Below are positions 43,725-53,893 of a DNA stretch of 64,000 nt, piece by piece. The translations under genes were made by a program, and so were the position numbers. Under the pieces are notes generated by a model that searched no databases, had not been told where the DNA came from, and saw only the letters and a list, made by a program, of their open reading frames with translations. Origin of the DNA: Alphaproteobacteria bacterium (GTDB taxonomy: Bacteria; Pseudomonadota; Alphaproteobacteria; Caulobacterales; Caulobacteraceae); assembly GCA_043734425.1 (NCBI GenBank), contig JAYTFM010000020.1:50060-114059 (forward strand), given 5' to 3'. Within the stretch, counting starts at the first letter, position 1, and every line of letters begins with the position of its first letter.

Positions 43725-44738
43725 GTGGCCCTCAGGGACAATCCATTTGGTGAGCTGAGGGTGCCGCTGACCTGGACGGCGGGCATCGTCTTCGTCGTGG
43801 TGCTGATCGCCTCGGTCGCGATCCTGCTGTCGGACCGCCGTGAAACCTTCGATACTGACGCCTACGGGCGCACGCGCACCCTGTCGGACCGGGTCATGGC
43901 CCCGGTTGGTGACGCGCTCTCGACGCCAGGACGGCTGACCGGGCAGGGGGTCGATGGCGTCCGCGGCTACTTCTTCGCGGTGTCCGAGAACCGGCGGCTG
44001 AAGGCCGAGCTCAAGGACATGCGCCAGTGGCGCGACGTCGCCCTCGCGCTCAGGGACACCAATGAGCGCTATCGCGCCGTGCTGGGTCTGAAGACCGATC
44101 CGCCGATCCCGATGGTGGCGGCGCGCATCGTCACCGATTCGCGTGGCCCGTTCGCAAACTCCCGGCTGGCCAACGCGGGCATCGAGAAGGGCATCAAGCC
44201 GGGAAGTCCGGTGATGAGCGAAAACGGCCTGGTCGGACGGGTCGTGGGGGTCGGCAACGGGGTCAGCCGTGTTCTGCTGCTCACCGATGTGGCGGCGCGC
44301 ACGCCCGTGATGATCGACCGCACCAATGCCCGCGCCATCCTGACCGGCGATGGCGGCCCCAACCCCAGGCTGGAATATCTGCGCGGCCAGGATCCGGTGC
44401 GCGATGGTGATCGCGTGCTGACGTCGGGCGATGGCGGCGTGTTTCCGCGCGGGCTGCCGGTGGGCGTGGCGGTCAAGGGTCTGGACGGGCATTGGCGGTT
44501 GGTGCTGGCCTCCGACCGGGCGGCCGTCGACTTTGTGCGCATCCTGCTATTTCAAGATTTCACCCAGCTGGTTGATCGCGCCGGCCTGGACACCCTCGCG
44601 ACACCGCCGCCGACGCCAGGCGCATTGACCCTGCCGCCGCCCGCCCCGTCCGCAACGTCGACCCCCGCATCCTCGACCTCCGCAGCGTCGGCCCCGGCGA
44701 TCGCCGCCTCGCGCCCCGCACCGGCGATCTCGCCATGA
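43725..44738 (+). CDS. mreC: Rod shape-determining protein MreC
   Basis: TM, coiled coil ENRRLK, GLVGRV, TSGDGGVFPRGLPVG; Pro/Ala tail. Confidence 0.95.
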   Translation: MALRDNPFGELRVPLTWTAGIVFVVVLIASVAILLSDRRETFDTDAYGRTRTLSDRVMAPVGDALSTPGRLTGQGVDGVRGYFFAVSENRRLKAELKDMRQWRDVALALRDTNERYRAVLGLKTDPPIPMVAARIVTDSRGPFANSRLANAGIEKGIKPGSPVMSENGLVGRVVGVGNGVSRVLLLTDVAARTPVMIDRTNARAILTGDGGPNPRLEYLRGQDPVRDGDRVLTSGDGGVFPRGLPVGVAVKGLDGHWRLVLASDRAAVDFVRILLFQDFTQLVDRAGLDTLATPPPTPGALTLPPPAPSATSTPASSTSAASAPAIAASRPAPAISP

Positions 44739-45247
44739 GCCCTGGCGCCCGACCGCTGGCGCCCTGGGCATGGCTGGGCGTGCCGATTCTGCAGGTTGTC
44801 GCTGCGACGATGCTGCTGGCCATTCCGGTGCGGTTCTGGGGCCTGGCGCTGCCGGAGCCGCTGTTCGCCTTACCAGTGGTCTTCGCCTGGGCGGTCATTC
44901 GACCGTCGATGCTGGCGCCCATCGGCGTCATGCTGATGGGACTGTTCCTGGATCTCCTGTGGGGCAGCCCGAAGGGCTTCTGGGCGGTGTGCCTGCTCTT
45001 GCCCTACGGCGCCGTGCTCGGCGGGCGCGCCATCCTGGCGGGGCAACCGCGCTTGATCATGTGGGGGTGGTATGCGGCGGCGGTGGGCCTGGCCATGGGG
45101 ACGGGCTTTCTGTTCACGATGCTCAACGCGCAGTCCTCGCCGGATCTGATCTCGATGGGTTGGCAATTCCTCGCCACAGTCGCTCTCTATCCTTTCGCGG
45201 ACCGACTGATTGATCGGTTCGAGGACGCCGACGTGAGGTTCCGCTAG
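44735..45247 (+). CDS. mreD: Rod shape-determining protein MreD
   Basis: Very hydrophobic; WAVIRP, GLFLDLLWG; position between mreC and mrdA. Confidence 0.88.
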   Translation: MSPGARPLAPWAWLGVPILQVVAATMLLAIPVRFWGLALPEPLFALPVVFAWAVIRPSMLAPIGVMLMGLFLDLLWGSPKGFWAVCLLLPYGAVLGGRAILAGQPRLIMWGWYAAAVGLAMGTGFLFTMLNAQSSPDLISMGWQFLATVALYPFADRLIDRFEDADVRFR

Positions 45248-45252
45248 GTTCG

Positions 45253-47220
45253 ATGAGCCAGCCACACATCTTTTTCGCCGAAGTGAACGAGCGGCAGGGC
45301 GTGTTCCACCGCCGTGCGGTGCTGTTCGGCGGGCTGACGGGGGCGGGCTTAGCCGCCCTGGGCGGGCGCCTGGCGTATCTTCAGCTGCTGGAGACCCAGC
45401 GCTACGAAAAACTGGCGACCTCGAACCAGTTCAACTTCAAGCTCCTGCCGGCCCCGCGCGGGCTGATCGTGGATCGGAACGGCGCGGTGCTGGCCGCCAA
45501 TCGCCCGAACTTCCGCCTGATGGTGGCGCGCGACAAGGGCGTTGACCCTGAGGCGACGCTGAAGATTCTCGCGGGCTTCGTGCCGCTGGACGACGCGCGC
45601 CAGCGCCGGCTGCTGCGCGACATTCACAACGCCCCGAAACGCGCGCCGGTCCAGGTGATGGAGGACATGAGCTGGGAACAGTTCAGCGCGATCAATGTGC
45701 GCGCGCCCGAACTGCCGGGCGTCACCGCCGATATGGGCGAGGTCAGGGTCTATCCGCACGGCGGCGCGTTCGTGCACGTGATCGGCTATGTGGCCAAGGT
45801 CAACAAGGAGGATGTGGCGGCGGCGGGGGCCAAGGGATCGGTCGATCCGATCATGCTCCACCCCAGTTTCCGGATCGGCAAACAGGGCGTGGAAAAGGCG
45901 TTCGATGCCGATCTGCGCGGCAAGGCGGGCGCCCAGAAGGTCGAGGTTGACGCCAATGGCCGGGAGGTGCGTCAGGACGCCCAAGGCGACATCCCCTCGG
46001 TGCCCGGCAAGGTCATTGAGCTGACGCTCGATATCGATGTTCAGCTGCGCGCCGAGGAGGTGTTCGGCGCCGAGAGCGGCGCGGCGGTGGTGATGGACTG
46101 CCGCAACGGCGACATCCTTTGTATGTATTCCGGGCCCAGTTTCGACGCCAATCGCTTCGTCCGGGGGCTGACGGGCGCGGAGTATCGCGCGCTGGCGGGC
46201 TACGATCACAAGCCGCTGTTCAACAAGGCGCTGACCGCGACCTATCCGCCGGGCTCGACCTTCAAGACCATGGTCGCGCTGGCCGCGCTGGAACACGGCT
46301 ATGATCCCGCCACGGTCCATGTGTGCAGCGGTCGCTGGAGCTTCGGCCGGGTCTGGAAGTGCGACCAGGTGCACGGCGCCCAGGACCTGAAGAGCGCGGT
46401 CGCCACCTCCTGTGATATCTATTTCTACCAGTGCGCCCTGGCGATCGGCCCCGACAAGATCGCCGAGACGGCACGGAAGTTCGGCCTTGGCGAGATCTTC
46501 GACATCGGCATTCCGGGCCAAAAGAGGGGGCTGGTGCCCGACACCGCCTACAAACGGCGCACCTTCCCCAAGGACCCCAAATGGCATCCCGGCGAGACGC
46601 CCAGCATGGGGATCGGCCAGGGCTATACGCACCTCAATCCCTTGCAGCTGTGTGTGATGGCCAGTCGCATCGCCAACGGCCGCAAGGCGCTGCACCCGCG
46701 GCTGATCCGATCGATCGGCGGCGTCGAGCAGAAGTCCGGGGCGGCCTGGGGCGATCTGGACGTGGGCGCGGAGCACCTGGCCTTCCTGCGCGAGGCCATG
46801 AAGGCGGTGACGACGGTCGGTACGGCGGCGCGGGTCGCCGACCTGGGGCTGGGTCCGATCAAGATGGCCGGCAAGACCGGCACCGCGCAGGCCTATTCCT
46901 ATGGCGCTGGACGGGGGGTTCACGGCACGGCCGGCGCCTGGGGCCTTCGCGACCACGCCTGGTTCGTGGCCTATGCGCCGTATGACGATCCGAGATACGC
47001 GATCAGCGTGCTGGTCGAGCATGGCGGCTTCGGCGCAGCGGCGGCCGCGCCTCGGGCCCGGGAGATCATGCGGACGGTGCTGCTGAAGGACCCCGAGGTC
47101 CTCAAGCGGGTGGAGAGTCCAGTGCCGTTGCCCGACCTGCCGCCGGAAATCCAGACAGAGGACGACCTGCCTGAGGCGCCGACGCCGCTGCCGGTCACAC
47201 CGGGTGCGAGACCCGCATGA
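45253..47220 (+). CDS. mrdA: Penicillin-binding protein 2
   Basis: PRGLIVDRNG, YPPGSTFK, SCD, GKTGTAQ, DHAWF. Confidence 0.96.
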   Translation: MSQPHIFFAEVNERQGVFHRRAVLFGGLTGAGLAALGGRLAYLQLLETQRYEKLATSNQFNFKLLPAPRGLIVDRNGAVLAANRPNFRLMVARDKGVDPEATLKILAGFVPLDDARQRRLLRDIHNAPKRAPVQVMEDMSWEQFSAINVRAPELPGVTADMGEVRVYPHGGAFVHVIGYVAKVNKEDVAAAGAKGSVDPIMLHPSFRIGKQGVEKAFDADLRGKAGAQKVEVDANGREVRQDAQGDIPSVPGKVIELTLDIDVQLRAEEVFGAESGAAVVMDCRNGDILCMYSGPSFDANRFVRGLTGAEYRALAGYDHKPLFNKALTATYPPGSTFKTMVALAALEHGYDPATVHVCSGRWSFGRVWKCDQVHGAQDLKSAVATSCDIYFYQCALAIGPDKIAETARKFGLGEIFDIGIPGQKRGLVPDTAYKRRTFPKDPKWHPGETPSMGIGQGYTHLNPLQLCVMASRIANGRKALHPRLIRSIGGVEQKSGAAWGDLDVGAEHLAFLREAMKAVTTVGTAARVADLGLGPIKMAGKTGTAQAYSYGAGRGVHGTAGAWGLRDHAWFVAYAPYDDPRYAISVLVEHGGFGAAAAAPRAREIMRTVLLKDPEVLKRVESPVPLPDLPPEIQTEDDLPEAPTPLPVTPGARPA

Positions 47221-48371
47221 CCGTCTCCGCCCTGACCCGTCCTGGCGAACGTGATCGTCCGATCGTCAAGTTCTCCGAGATCGACTGGCTGTTCGTGCTG
47301 GTGCTGTGCCTGATCGCCGGCGCCGGCGCCCTGATGCTGTTTTCGATCGCCGGCTCGTCCTGGACGCCCTGGGCTGCGGCCCATACGGTGCGCTTTGGCA
47401 TGTGCCTGGTCCTGATGATCGCCCTGGCGATGATCGACCTCAGGGTCTGGTTCGCGATGGCCTATCCGGTTTATGGCATGGGCCTGTTGTTGCTGGTCGC
47501 CGTCGAGGCCATCGGCGACGTGCGCCTGGGGGCCCAGCGCTGGCTGACCCTCGGTCCCCTCAGTTTCCAACCCTCTGAGGTGATGAAGCTGGGGATCGTG
47601 CTGGCCCTGGCACGGCTCTATCACGGCGTCTCGGCTGAGCGCGCGCGGTTGTCCTGGTGGCTATTGATCCCGGCGGCGATGATCGCCGCGCCGGTGCTGC
47701 TGGTGGCGCACCAGCCCGACCTTGGCACCGCGATGCTGATCGCCCTGACCGGCGGGTTGATGGTCGTGCTGGCGGGCCTTTCGGGGCGGGTGATCGCCTT
47801 GGGGGCGATCGGGGCGCTGGTGACCATTCCGCCGTTCGTGCTGTTCGGCATGCACGAATACCAGCGCCAACGCGTGCTGACCTTCCTGAACCCGGAGAGC
47901 GACCCGTCAGGCTCCGGCTACCACATCCTGCAGTCGATGATCGCCCTGGGCTCGGGCGGTCTGCTGGGTAAGGGCTATGGCCTGGGCTCGCAGAGTCAGC
48001 TGAACTTCCTGCCGGAGAAACAGACCGACTTCATCTTCGCCACTCTGGCCGAGGAGTTTGGCTTCGTCGGCTGCGTCTTGGTGCTGGCGCTCTATGCGGC
48101 GGCAATCTTCATGTCGCTGCGGACCTCCTATGTCAGCCATAGTCACTTCGGTCGGCTCGCCGCCGCCGGCACGACGGCGACCTTCAGCCTCTATGTGCTG
48201 ATCAACGGCGCCATGGTGATGGGTCTAGCTCCCGTCGTGGGCGTGCCGATGCCGATGCTGAGCTATGGCGGCACCGTCATGCTGACCGTCATGATCGGGT
48301 TCGGCCTCGTCCAAAGCGTGCGCGTTCACCGCTACTCCGAGGTGACCAGCGGCAAGGGCACCTTTGTTTAG
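47217..48371 (+). CDS. rodA: SEDS glycosyltransferase RodA
   Basis: GAQRW, QPSE, QPDLGT, FLPEKQTDFIF, PVVGVPMPMLSYGG. Confidence 0.96.
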   Translation: MTVSALTRPGERDRPIVKFSEIDWLFVLVLCLIAGAGALMLFSIAGSSWTPWAAAHTVRFGMCLVLMIALAMIDLRVWFAMAYPVYGMGLLLLVAVEAIGDVRLGAQRWLTLGPLSFQPSEVMKLGIVLALARLYHGVSAERARLSWWLLIPAAMIAAPVLLVAHQPDLGTAMLIALTGGLMVVLAGLSGRVIALGAIGALVTIPPFVLFGMHEYQRQRVLTFLNPESDPSGSGYHILQSMIALGSGGLLGKGYGLGSQSQLNFLPEKQTDFIFATLAEEFGFVGCVLVLALYAAAIFMSLRTSYVSHSHFGRLAAAGTTATFSLYVLINGAMVMGLAPVVGVPMPMLSYGGTVMLTVMIGFGLVQSVRVHRYSEVTSGKGTFV

Positions 48372-48414
48372 CTCGCGCTGGGTGCGGAAGATGGATCATT
48401 CCACTTTTTCGCTG

Positions 48415-48608
48415 GTCATCCCCGGTCAAGGAGCGGAGCGACGCCGTGCCCCCTTTTTGATCCGTCATCCCCGGCCAAGGAGCGGAGCGACGCCGTGCCG
48501 GGGACCCATAAACGCCGGCGACTCCGGACACGCTTCGACGGCGAGGCCCTTGCTCAAATCGGCCGGCCTCGGTGTTTATGGGTCACCCGGACGAGCCGGG
48601 TGATGACG
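48415..48608. repeat. CGTC-type REP doublet with duplicated left arm
   Basis: 36-bp direct repeat 48415-48450 / 48464-48499 (1 mismatch); right arm ATGGGTCACCCGGACGAGCCGGGTGATGACG. Confidence 0.88.
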
Positions 48609-48692
48609 TTCAAAGAGAGAATAAATCTCAGGGTGCATTCGCGCCTTCACGTTGGCCGCCGAACGCCCTAGCCACGCACACCCCAGAAACGT

Positions 48693-49145
48693 TCACGGCC
48701 CCGGCTTTGCAGCCGCCTTGACCGGGACCTCCACACTGGGTGTCGCGGTCCCTTCCGTCGTCGTCCCATCGAAATGCTCTTCGCTGGCCTCGGCCTCGAT
48801 CTTGGTGGTGCGGACCACGCCGACGCGGTGCTCGGGCGGGGCATAGAGGGTATAGAGTTTCAGCGATTTACCGCCGGTGTTGACCACATTGTGACGCGCG
48901 CCAGCCGGCACGATGATGGCGTCATCGCGCTTGATCTTGGTGCGCTCACCATCGATCCAGACCTCGCCCTTGCCCTTTTCGATGCGGAAGAACTGGTCGT
49001 GATCAGCGTGGACCTCTGAGCCGATCTCCTCGCCGGCCTTCAGCGACATCAGCACCAGCTGCAGGTGCTTGCCGGTGTAGAGCACGCGCCGAAAGGCGGC
49101 GTTCTCCAGGGTCAAATCCTCGATGTCCTCGACATAGCCCTTCAT
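48693..49145 (-). CDS. Cupin domain protein
   Basis: FRRVLYTGKHLQLVLMSL, EVHADHDQFFRIE, VPAGARHNVVN, YAPPEH. Confidence 0.9.
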   Translation of the reverse strand: MKGYVEDIEDLTLENAAFRRVLYTGKHLQLVLMSLKAGEEIGSEVHADHDQFFRIEKGKGEVWIDGERTKIKRDDAIIVPAGARHNVVNTGGKSLKLYTLYAPPEHRVGVVRTTKIEAEASEEHFDGTTTEGTATPSVEVPVKAAAKPGP

Positions 49146-49302
49146 GGTGTCTCCCTTGGTGGATCCTGCGGTTCGCGCCGCGTCGATTGGTGTTCGTTAA
49201 GGCGCCGACTGCAGTGCGGGTTCCATCAGCCTCGAGCTCTGGCGCCCCTCTCCAAGGCAAAACCAAGCCACTCTCACATTCGAGAACTCCTGGGCTGTGT
49301 CC

Positions 49303-49316
49303 TTGACCGAGATCAT
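49303..49316. promoter_or_regulatory. Possible FixK/Fnr box
   Basis: TTGAC-CGAG-ATCAT, 1 mismatch to TTGAY-N4-RTCAA, overlapping the ATPase stop, upstream of the cupin. Confidence 0.4.
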
Positions 49317-51865
49317 TGTGGCGACACACGCGGCGCCTCGCGGTCGTGGGGTGCGAGGCGATTTCTGAGGTTTCGAGCGACGCCAAACCAGCCGCCACTG
49401 ACGCACGCGACCCCTAGCGCCATTCCCAAGGCCAGCAGCTGGGGCGGCGCGACCTTGAAGACGCCAGCCAAAGGCGGGATCAAAAGCACCAGCGCCAGAA
49501 TCCCGCCAGCCGCTGAGCTGATCGCCCAGTAGATCTTGCGATGCGGCGCAAAGAGCCGTCCGCCGGCCGATGAGGCATCGGCCAAAGCCAGCACCAGGTT
49601 CCCGACGACCAGAGCCAGGAACGCCGCGCCGCGCGCCTCGGGCTCGGGATAGTGGCTCAACGACCAGACATAGATGGCAAATACCCCCACCAGCACTCCA
49701 GAACCCTGCAGGAGGGCAAGACCGAGCTGGGTCGCGCCAAACAACGCCTCATCGCGGCGCCGAGGTGGACGCTGCATCGCGTTTGTAGGCCCCGGTTCGG
49801 CCTCGAAGACCATCGCGCAGACCGGATCAATGATCAGCTCAAGGAAGACCACATGCATCGGAAAGAGCAGTTGCGGCAGTCCCAGGACGATGGGGATCAG
49901 GGCCAGCCCGGCGATGGGCACGTGTATGGCGGTGACATAGATCAGCGCCTTGCGCAGGTTGACGAAGATACGTCGGCCCAGGCGCACCCCGCCGATGATC
50001 GAGGCGAAGCTATCGTCCATCAACACAAGGTCGGCGGCCTCGCGCGCGACGTCGGTGCCCCTCTTGCCCATGGCGATGCCAATGTGGGCGGTCTGAAGGG
50101 CCGGCGCATCGTTCACACCGTCGCCAGTCATCGCGACGACCTCGCCGGCCGCCTTGAATCCCTGGACGATCAGCAGCTTCTGGTCGGGACTGATCCGTGC
50201 GAACACTCTTACGCTGCGCAGGCGAACCGCCAGATCGTCTGGTGAAAGGGCTGCGAGCTCCAAGCCCAGCATCACGCCGCCCGCGGTGTCGAGCCCGGCA
50301 GTCCTGGCGATGGCCAGCGCCGTGGCCGGGTGGTCGCCGGTGATCATCACCACGGAAATCCCGGCTGTCTGGGCTTCCTTCAAGGCGGCAGGGACGTCCT
50401 TGCGGACCGGGTCCAGGAACCCGACCAAGCCAGTGAACACAAACGGTGCGGCTTCTGGGTCGTCGGGGAAGGCTCCGTCCACCCGGCTTGACGCCACCCC
50501 CAGCACCCGAAGCCCCTGCTCGGCATAGGCGCTGACAACATCTGTCAGTCGCCCAACCTCTGTCTCCGCCAACTTGCAGAGCCTGAATATCGCTTCCGGC
50601 GCGCCCTTGGCCGCCGCAAGTCTTTCTGCGCCGTCCTGTCGCCAGACCTGGATGATCGCCATCAGCTCTGGGCGCAGCGGCCAGGCGCGCTCCGGCTCGC
50701 CAGAGGGCTCGACTTGGCCAGGGACGGCAGTCTGGAGGAGGTCTCTGACCGCCTTGTCCATCGGGTCAACAGGGCGCACGGCCGAAGCTAAGCCCCCCAT
50801 ACGCGCCAAGGCGACGAAGTGACCTGCCAGCGGCGCGTCCAATGAGACGGCCAGATCTCCGGACGCTGTCCACAGCCGGGCGACCCGCATCTGATTCTCG
50901 GTAAGCGTACCGGTCTTGTCGACGCAGAGGACGCTCGCGCCGCCCAGCGCCTCAATGACGGCGCTGCGGCGGACGAGCACTTGGTGAGTGGCCAGCCGCC
51001 ACGCCCCTAAGGCCAGGAACACCGCCAGCACCATTGGAAATTCTTCGGGGATCAGCGCGATCGCCACTGTGATTCCGGCGAGCGCGCCACCCACCCAGTC
51101 CCCGCGCAGCAGGCCGTAAGCAATCGCGACAATGGCGCAGAAGATGAGCGCGAAACCGCCCAGCCAGGTCACCAGGCGGCCAGCTGTCTTCTGCAGCGGC
51201 GTCGGCTCCTGGCGGATCGCGGCTAGAGAAACGCCGATGCGTCCCAGGGCGGTGTTCGCGCCCGTTCGCAGGACCTCAGCCACCGCCTGCCCACGGACGA
51301 TCAGCGTACCAGAGAATAGGTTCGGACCGGACTCGGCGCCGGGCGCGGTGTCGGGATCAGCGATCTCATCGGGGCCGAGCGGCCGCTTCGACGTCGGGGC
51401 GGACTCACCCGTCAACGCCGATTCATCCACGCTGAGCACATCGCCGGCCGCCAGGACGCCGTCGGCTGGCAGCCGCTCGCCCTCCCCGACCAGGACGATG
51501 TCGCCAGGGACAAGTTCGCGGGCGGGGATGGTGTGCTCAGCGCCGTCGCGGATCACGCGTGCATGGGGTTGCGACAGGTCCCGCAAGGCCGCCAGCGCAT
51601 GCTCGCTGCGCGCTTCCTGCAGAACCACGAGGCCGATGGTGGCCAGAGCGCCGGCCATCAGAAACAGGCCTTCGCCAAGGTCGCCCAGCACCAGGTAGAG
51701 CGCGGCCGCGCCGATCAGCAGCAGGAACATCGGCTCTCGCATCGTCTCAAGAGTGATGCGAAGCAGGCCCCTGCCAGCGGGGGTCGGCAGTTCATTCGGA
51801 CCGATGTCCAGCAACAAGCGAGCCGCTTCGGCTTGGCTCAGTCCCTGGAGGGTTGGGGAATCCAT
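49313..51865 (-). CDS. Cation-translocating P-type ATPase (P2-like)
   Basis: LTGES, IPEEFP, DKTGTLT, KGAPE, MITGDH, TGDGVNDAPAL. Confidence 0.95.
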   Translation of the reverse strand: MDSPTLQGLSQAEAARLLLDIGPNELPTPAGRGLLRITLETMREPMFLLLIGAAALYLVLGDLGEGLFLMAGALATIGLVVLQEARSEHALAALRDLSQPHARVIRDGAEHTIPARELVPGDIVLVGEGERLPADGVLAAGDVLSVDESALTGESAPTSKRPLGPDEIADPDTAPGAESGPNLFSGTLIVRGQAVAEVLRTGANTALGRIGVSLAAIRQEPTPLQKTAGRLVTWLGGFALIFCAIVAIAYGLLRGDWVGGALAGITVAIALIPEEFPMVLAVFLALGAWRLATHQVLVRRSAVIEALGGASVLCVDKTGTLTENQMRVARLWTASGDLAVSLDAPLAGHFVALARMGGLASAVRPVDPMDKAVRDLLQTAVPGQVEPSGEPERAWPLRPELMAIIQVWRQDGAERLAAAKGAPEAIFRLCKLAETEVGRLTDVVSAYAEQGLRVLGVASSRVDGAFPDDPEAAPFVFTGLVGFLDPVRKDVPAALKEAQTAGISVVMITGDHPATALAIARTAGLDTAGGVMLGLELAALSPDDLAVRLRSVRVFARISPDQKLLIVQGFKAAGEVVAMTGDGVNDAPALQTAHIGIAMGKRGTDVAREAADLVLMDDSFASIIGGVRLGRRIFVNLRKALIYVTAIHVPIAGLALIPIVLGLPQLLFPMHVVFLELIIDPVCAMVFEAEPGPTNAMQRPPRRRDEALFGATQLGLALLQGSGVLVGVFAIYVWSLSHYPEPEARGAAFLALVVGNLVLALADASSAGGRLFAPHRKIYWAISSAAGGILALVLLIPPLAGVFKVAPPQLLALGMALGVACVSGGWFGVARNLRNRLAPHDREAPRVSPQ

Positions 51866-51911
51866 CTGTCTGGTTTTGTGCAGCGGCGTCGATGCGCGTG
51901 ATCGAACGCAG

Positions 51912-52760
51912 TCAGTGTGAGAGGAGCACCGGGCAGGGCGGCGTCTTCAGGACATGTTCGGTCGCGCCGCCAAGCAGGAATTCTCTGGCCCGGGAATGGC
52001 CATAGGCGCCCATCACCAGCAGGTCAGGCGCGTGCTTTTCAACATATTGGTCGAGCACCTTGCCGATGGCCCCGGCTTCGGCGTCGACGCTGTCGAGCAC
52101 CGACGCCACGCCATGCCGCGCGAGGTGTGCCTGCGCCGCGGCGCCAGGATCAATCAACCTGCCGGGTTTCTCATTGATGACGCTCAGAATGCGCACTCGT
52201 TTGGCGCGCGCGAGGATCGGCAGCGCATCCGCCATCGCTCGCGCGGCGCGCTGGCCGCCATCCCACGCCACAACCACGAGGTCCGGGTCGCGTGACAGCC
52301 CGCTCGCCTGGCCGACCCGGAAGATCAATACAGGTCGACCGGACCCGAACACCACAGCCTGTACGAGTTCGAGATTGCTAGGAGTCCCGGCCGCGATCGG
52401 GATCAGACAGAGGTCGTGGGTGCGGGCGACCTTTGCCACGTGGTCACCGACCGCAAAGTGGTTGATGCGGGCGGAGATCATCGCCTGAAAGACATTCGCC
52501 GCCTTCGCGGCGGCGGCGAAACGGCCAAGACATTCATTGCAGGCCTCGCGGCTGCGACGCTCTTCCTGCTCGGCCATAGCGCTCAGCCCGATCAGGTAGT
52601 CCGCAAGCTGATTGCTGTGGACTGGAATCGCCACTTCGATGGCCAGACCCGTCAGTTTGCCGCCAAGTCCGACCGCCAGCCGCACAGCGTCCTCGATGGC
52701 GCGATCTGGAGTCGGGGTGGGATAGCTGTCGATGTGAAGCAGCAAGTCTAGATCGGCCAC
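51912..52760 (-). CDS. Universal stress protein (tandem USP)
   Basis: GTG start after GGGAG; FGSGRPVL, VAWDG, DLLVMGAYGHSRAREFLLGGAT, PVLLSH. Confidence 0.92.
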   Translation of the reverse strand: MADLDLLLHIDSYPTPTPDRAIEDAVRLAVGLGGKLTGLAIEVAIPVHSNQLADYLIGLSAMAEQEERRSREACNECLGRFAAAAKAANVFQAMISARINHFAVGDHVAKVARTHDLCLIPIAAGTPSNLELVQAVVFGSGRPVLIFRVGQASGLSRDPDLVVVAWDGGQRAARAMADALPILARAKRVRILSVINEKPGRLIDPGAAAQAHLARHGVASVLDSVDAEAGAIGKVLDQYVEKHAPDLLVMGAYGHSRAREFLLGGATEHVLKTPPCPVLLSH

Positions 52761-52923
52761 CGTGGAACTCCCGTGCGCCAAGACCCGACAGTGAGTTTGG
52801 TGCTGATGTGTCCGGCATGATCGAAAGCACGCCGACACCCACGCCCGAGACGGGCGCCTGGCCCCTTGTAACGCGCCGCAGCTCCAGAGGTTCCGAGGCC
52901 TTGCATTCGGCGCCGCAACGTGG

Positions 52924-52938
52924 GAACAAAATAGGAAC
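52924..52938 (+). promoter_or_regulatory. LexA (SOS) box
   Basis: GAAC-AAAATAG-GAAC, perfect alphaproteobacterial GAAC-N7-GAAC, 16 bp upstream of the DUF4130 gene. Confidence 0.85.
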
Positions 52939-52954
52939 GACGTAGGTCCACCAA

Positions 52955-53830
52955 ATGCCCGCCCGCCCTCCCACCCCATGCCACCGATCGCCGCCAGAGA
53001 TCGTCCGGCTTGGCCACGAGACGGATGTGGAGGGCTGGCGCGCAGCGGCCAGGGCGTTACGCGCACGCGGCATTCGGCCAGAACTCGTTGCGTTTTCAGC
53101 GGAATCCCCTCGGGAATCTGAGACTTCGGCCAGCCAGGGTGCTTTGCAGATCAAATCGCCGGCGCCTTTCACGGCCCCCAAGGTGTTCCTGGAGCTCGTT
53201 GAGCGGGTTGTGCTGCATCGCGCCGATGCGCGGTTCGCCTTGCTCTACCGGCTGCTGTGGCGCCTGCGTGAGGCTCCCGGTCTGATGCGGATGGGCGGCG
53301 ATCCAGACGTCGCTCAGGCGCGCGAGATGGGGCGGGAGGTTGTCGCCTCGGCCCAGCGCATGAAGGCGTTCCTGCGCTTCCGGCCGGTTAACGACGATCT
53401 GGGCGAGGCCTATGTCGCCTGGTTCGATCCGGCCCAGCGGGTGACCGAGGCGGTGTCGCCGTTCTTCGCGCGCCGGTTCGTCGGGCGCCGGTTCTCGATC
53501 CTGAGCCCGGACGCCTGCGCCCACTGGGATGGCGAAACCCTCGCCCTCGCGCCGGGCGTTGATCCGCCGCAGGGCGATAGTCTGGAAGCCATCTGGACGC
53601 GCCAGCACGCCTGGGCGCTGGACCCAAGTCGTCGGGCGAGCGGCCCGCCGCTCCGCGCCGCCCGGCCAGGGCCGGGACTGTCATTGCCGGAGACCGGGCT
53701 GATGCCTGAGCTGGTGGCGCGGGCCGAGGCGAGGGGCGGGGAGTCTCCGGACCGGGCGGCCAAGGCGGCCCTGCGCGCCAGCCGCGACGCGCCCTACGAC
53801 GGCCTGCCCCGAACACGCGGGTGGCGATGA
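52955..53830 (+). CDS. TIGR03915/DUF4130-type putative DNA repair protein, no UDG domain, possibly truncated
   Basis: DVEGWRAAARAL, RFALLYRLLWRL, MKAFLRFR, PFFARRF...FSILSP..CAHWDG, LPETGLMPELV. Confidence 0.8.
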   Translation: MPARPPTPCHRSPPEIVRLGHETDVEGWRAAARALRARGIRPELVAFSAESPRESETSASQGALQIKSPAPFTAPKVFLELVERVVLHRADARFALLYRLLWRLREAPGLMRMGGDPDVAQAREMGREVVASAQRMKAFLRFRPVNDDLGEAYVAWFDPAQRVTEAVSPFFARRFVGRRFSILSPDACAHWDGETLALAPGVDPPQGDSLEAIWTRQHAWALDPSRRASGPPLRAARPGPGLSLPETGLMPELVARAEARGGESPDRAAKAALRASRDAPYDGLPRTRGWR

Positions 53831-53893
53831 GGGTCGTGTCGGTCCACCTGCGGCGTATTGCGCGGCCGGGCTGGCTCGCCTAGGCCGAGGACC

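Noticed and set aside
44600-44738. Pro/Ala/Ser/Thr-rich tail of MreC and the long FtsZ linker
   Set aside because: Ordinary low-complexity regions known in these proteins
48415-48499. 36-bp direct repeat resembling a mini CRISPR array
   Set aside because: Only two copies, 13-bp spacer, part of a REP arm, no cas genes
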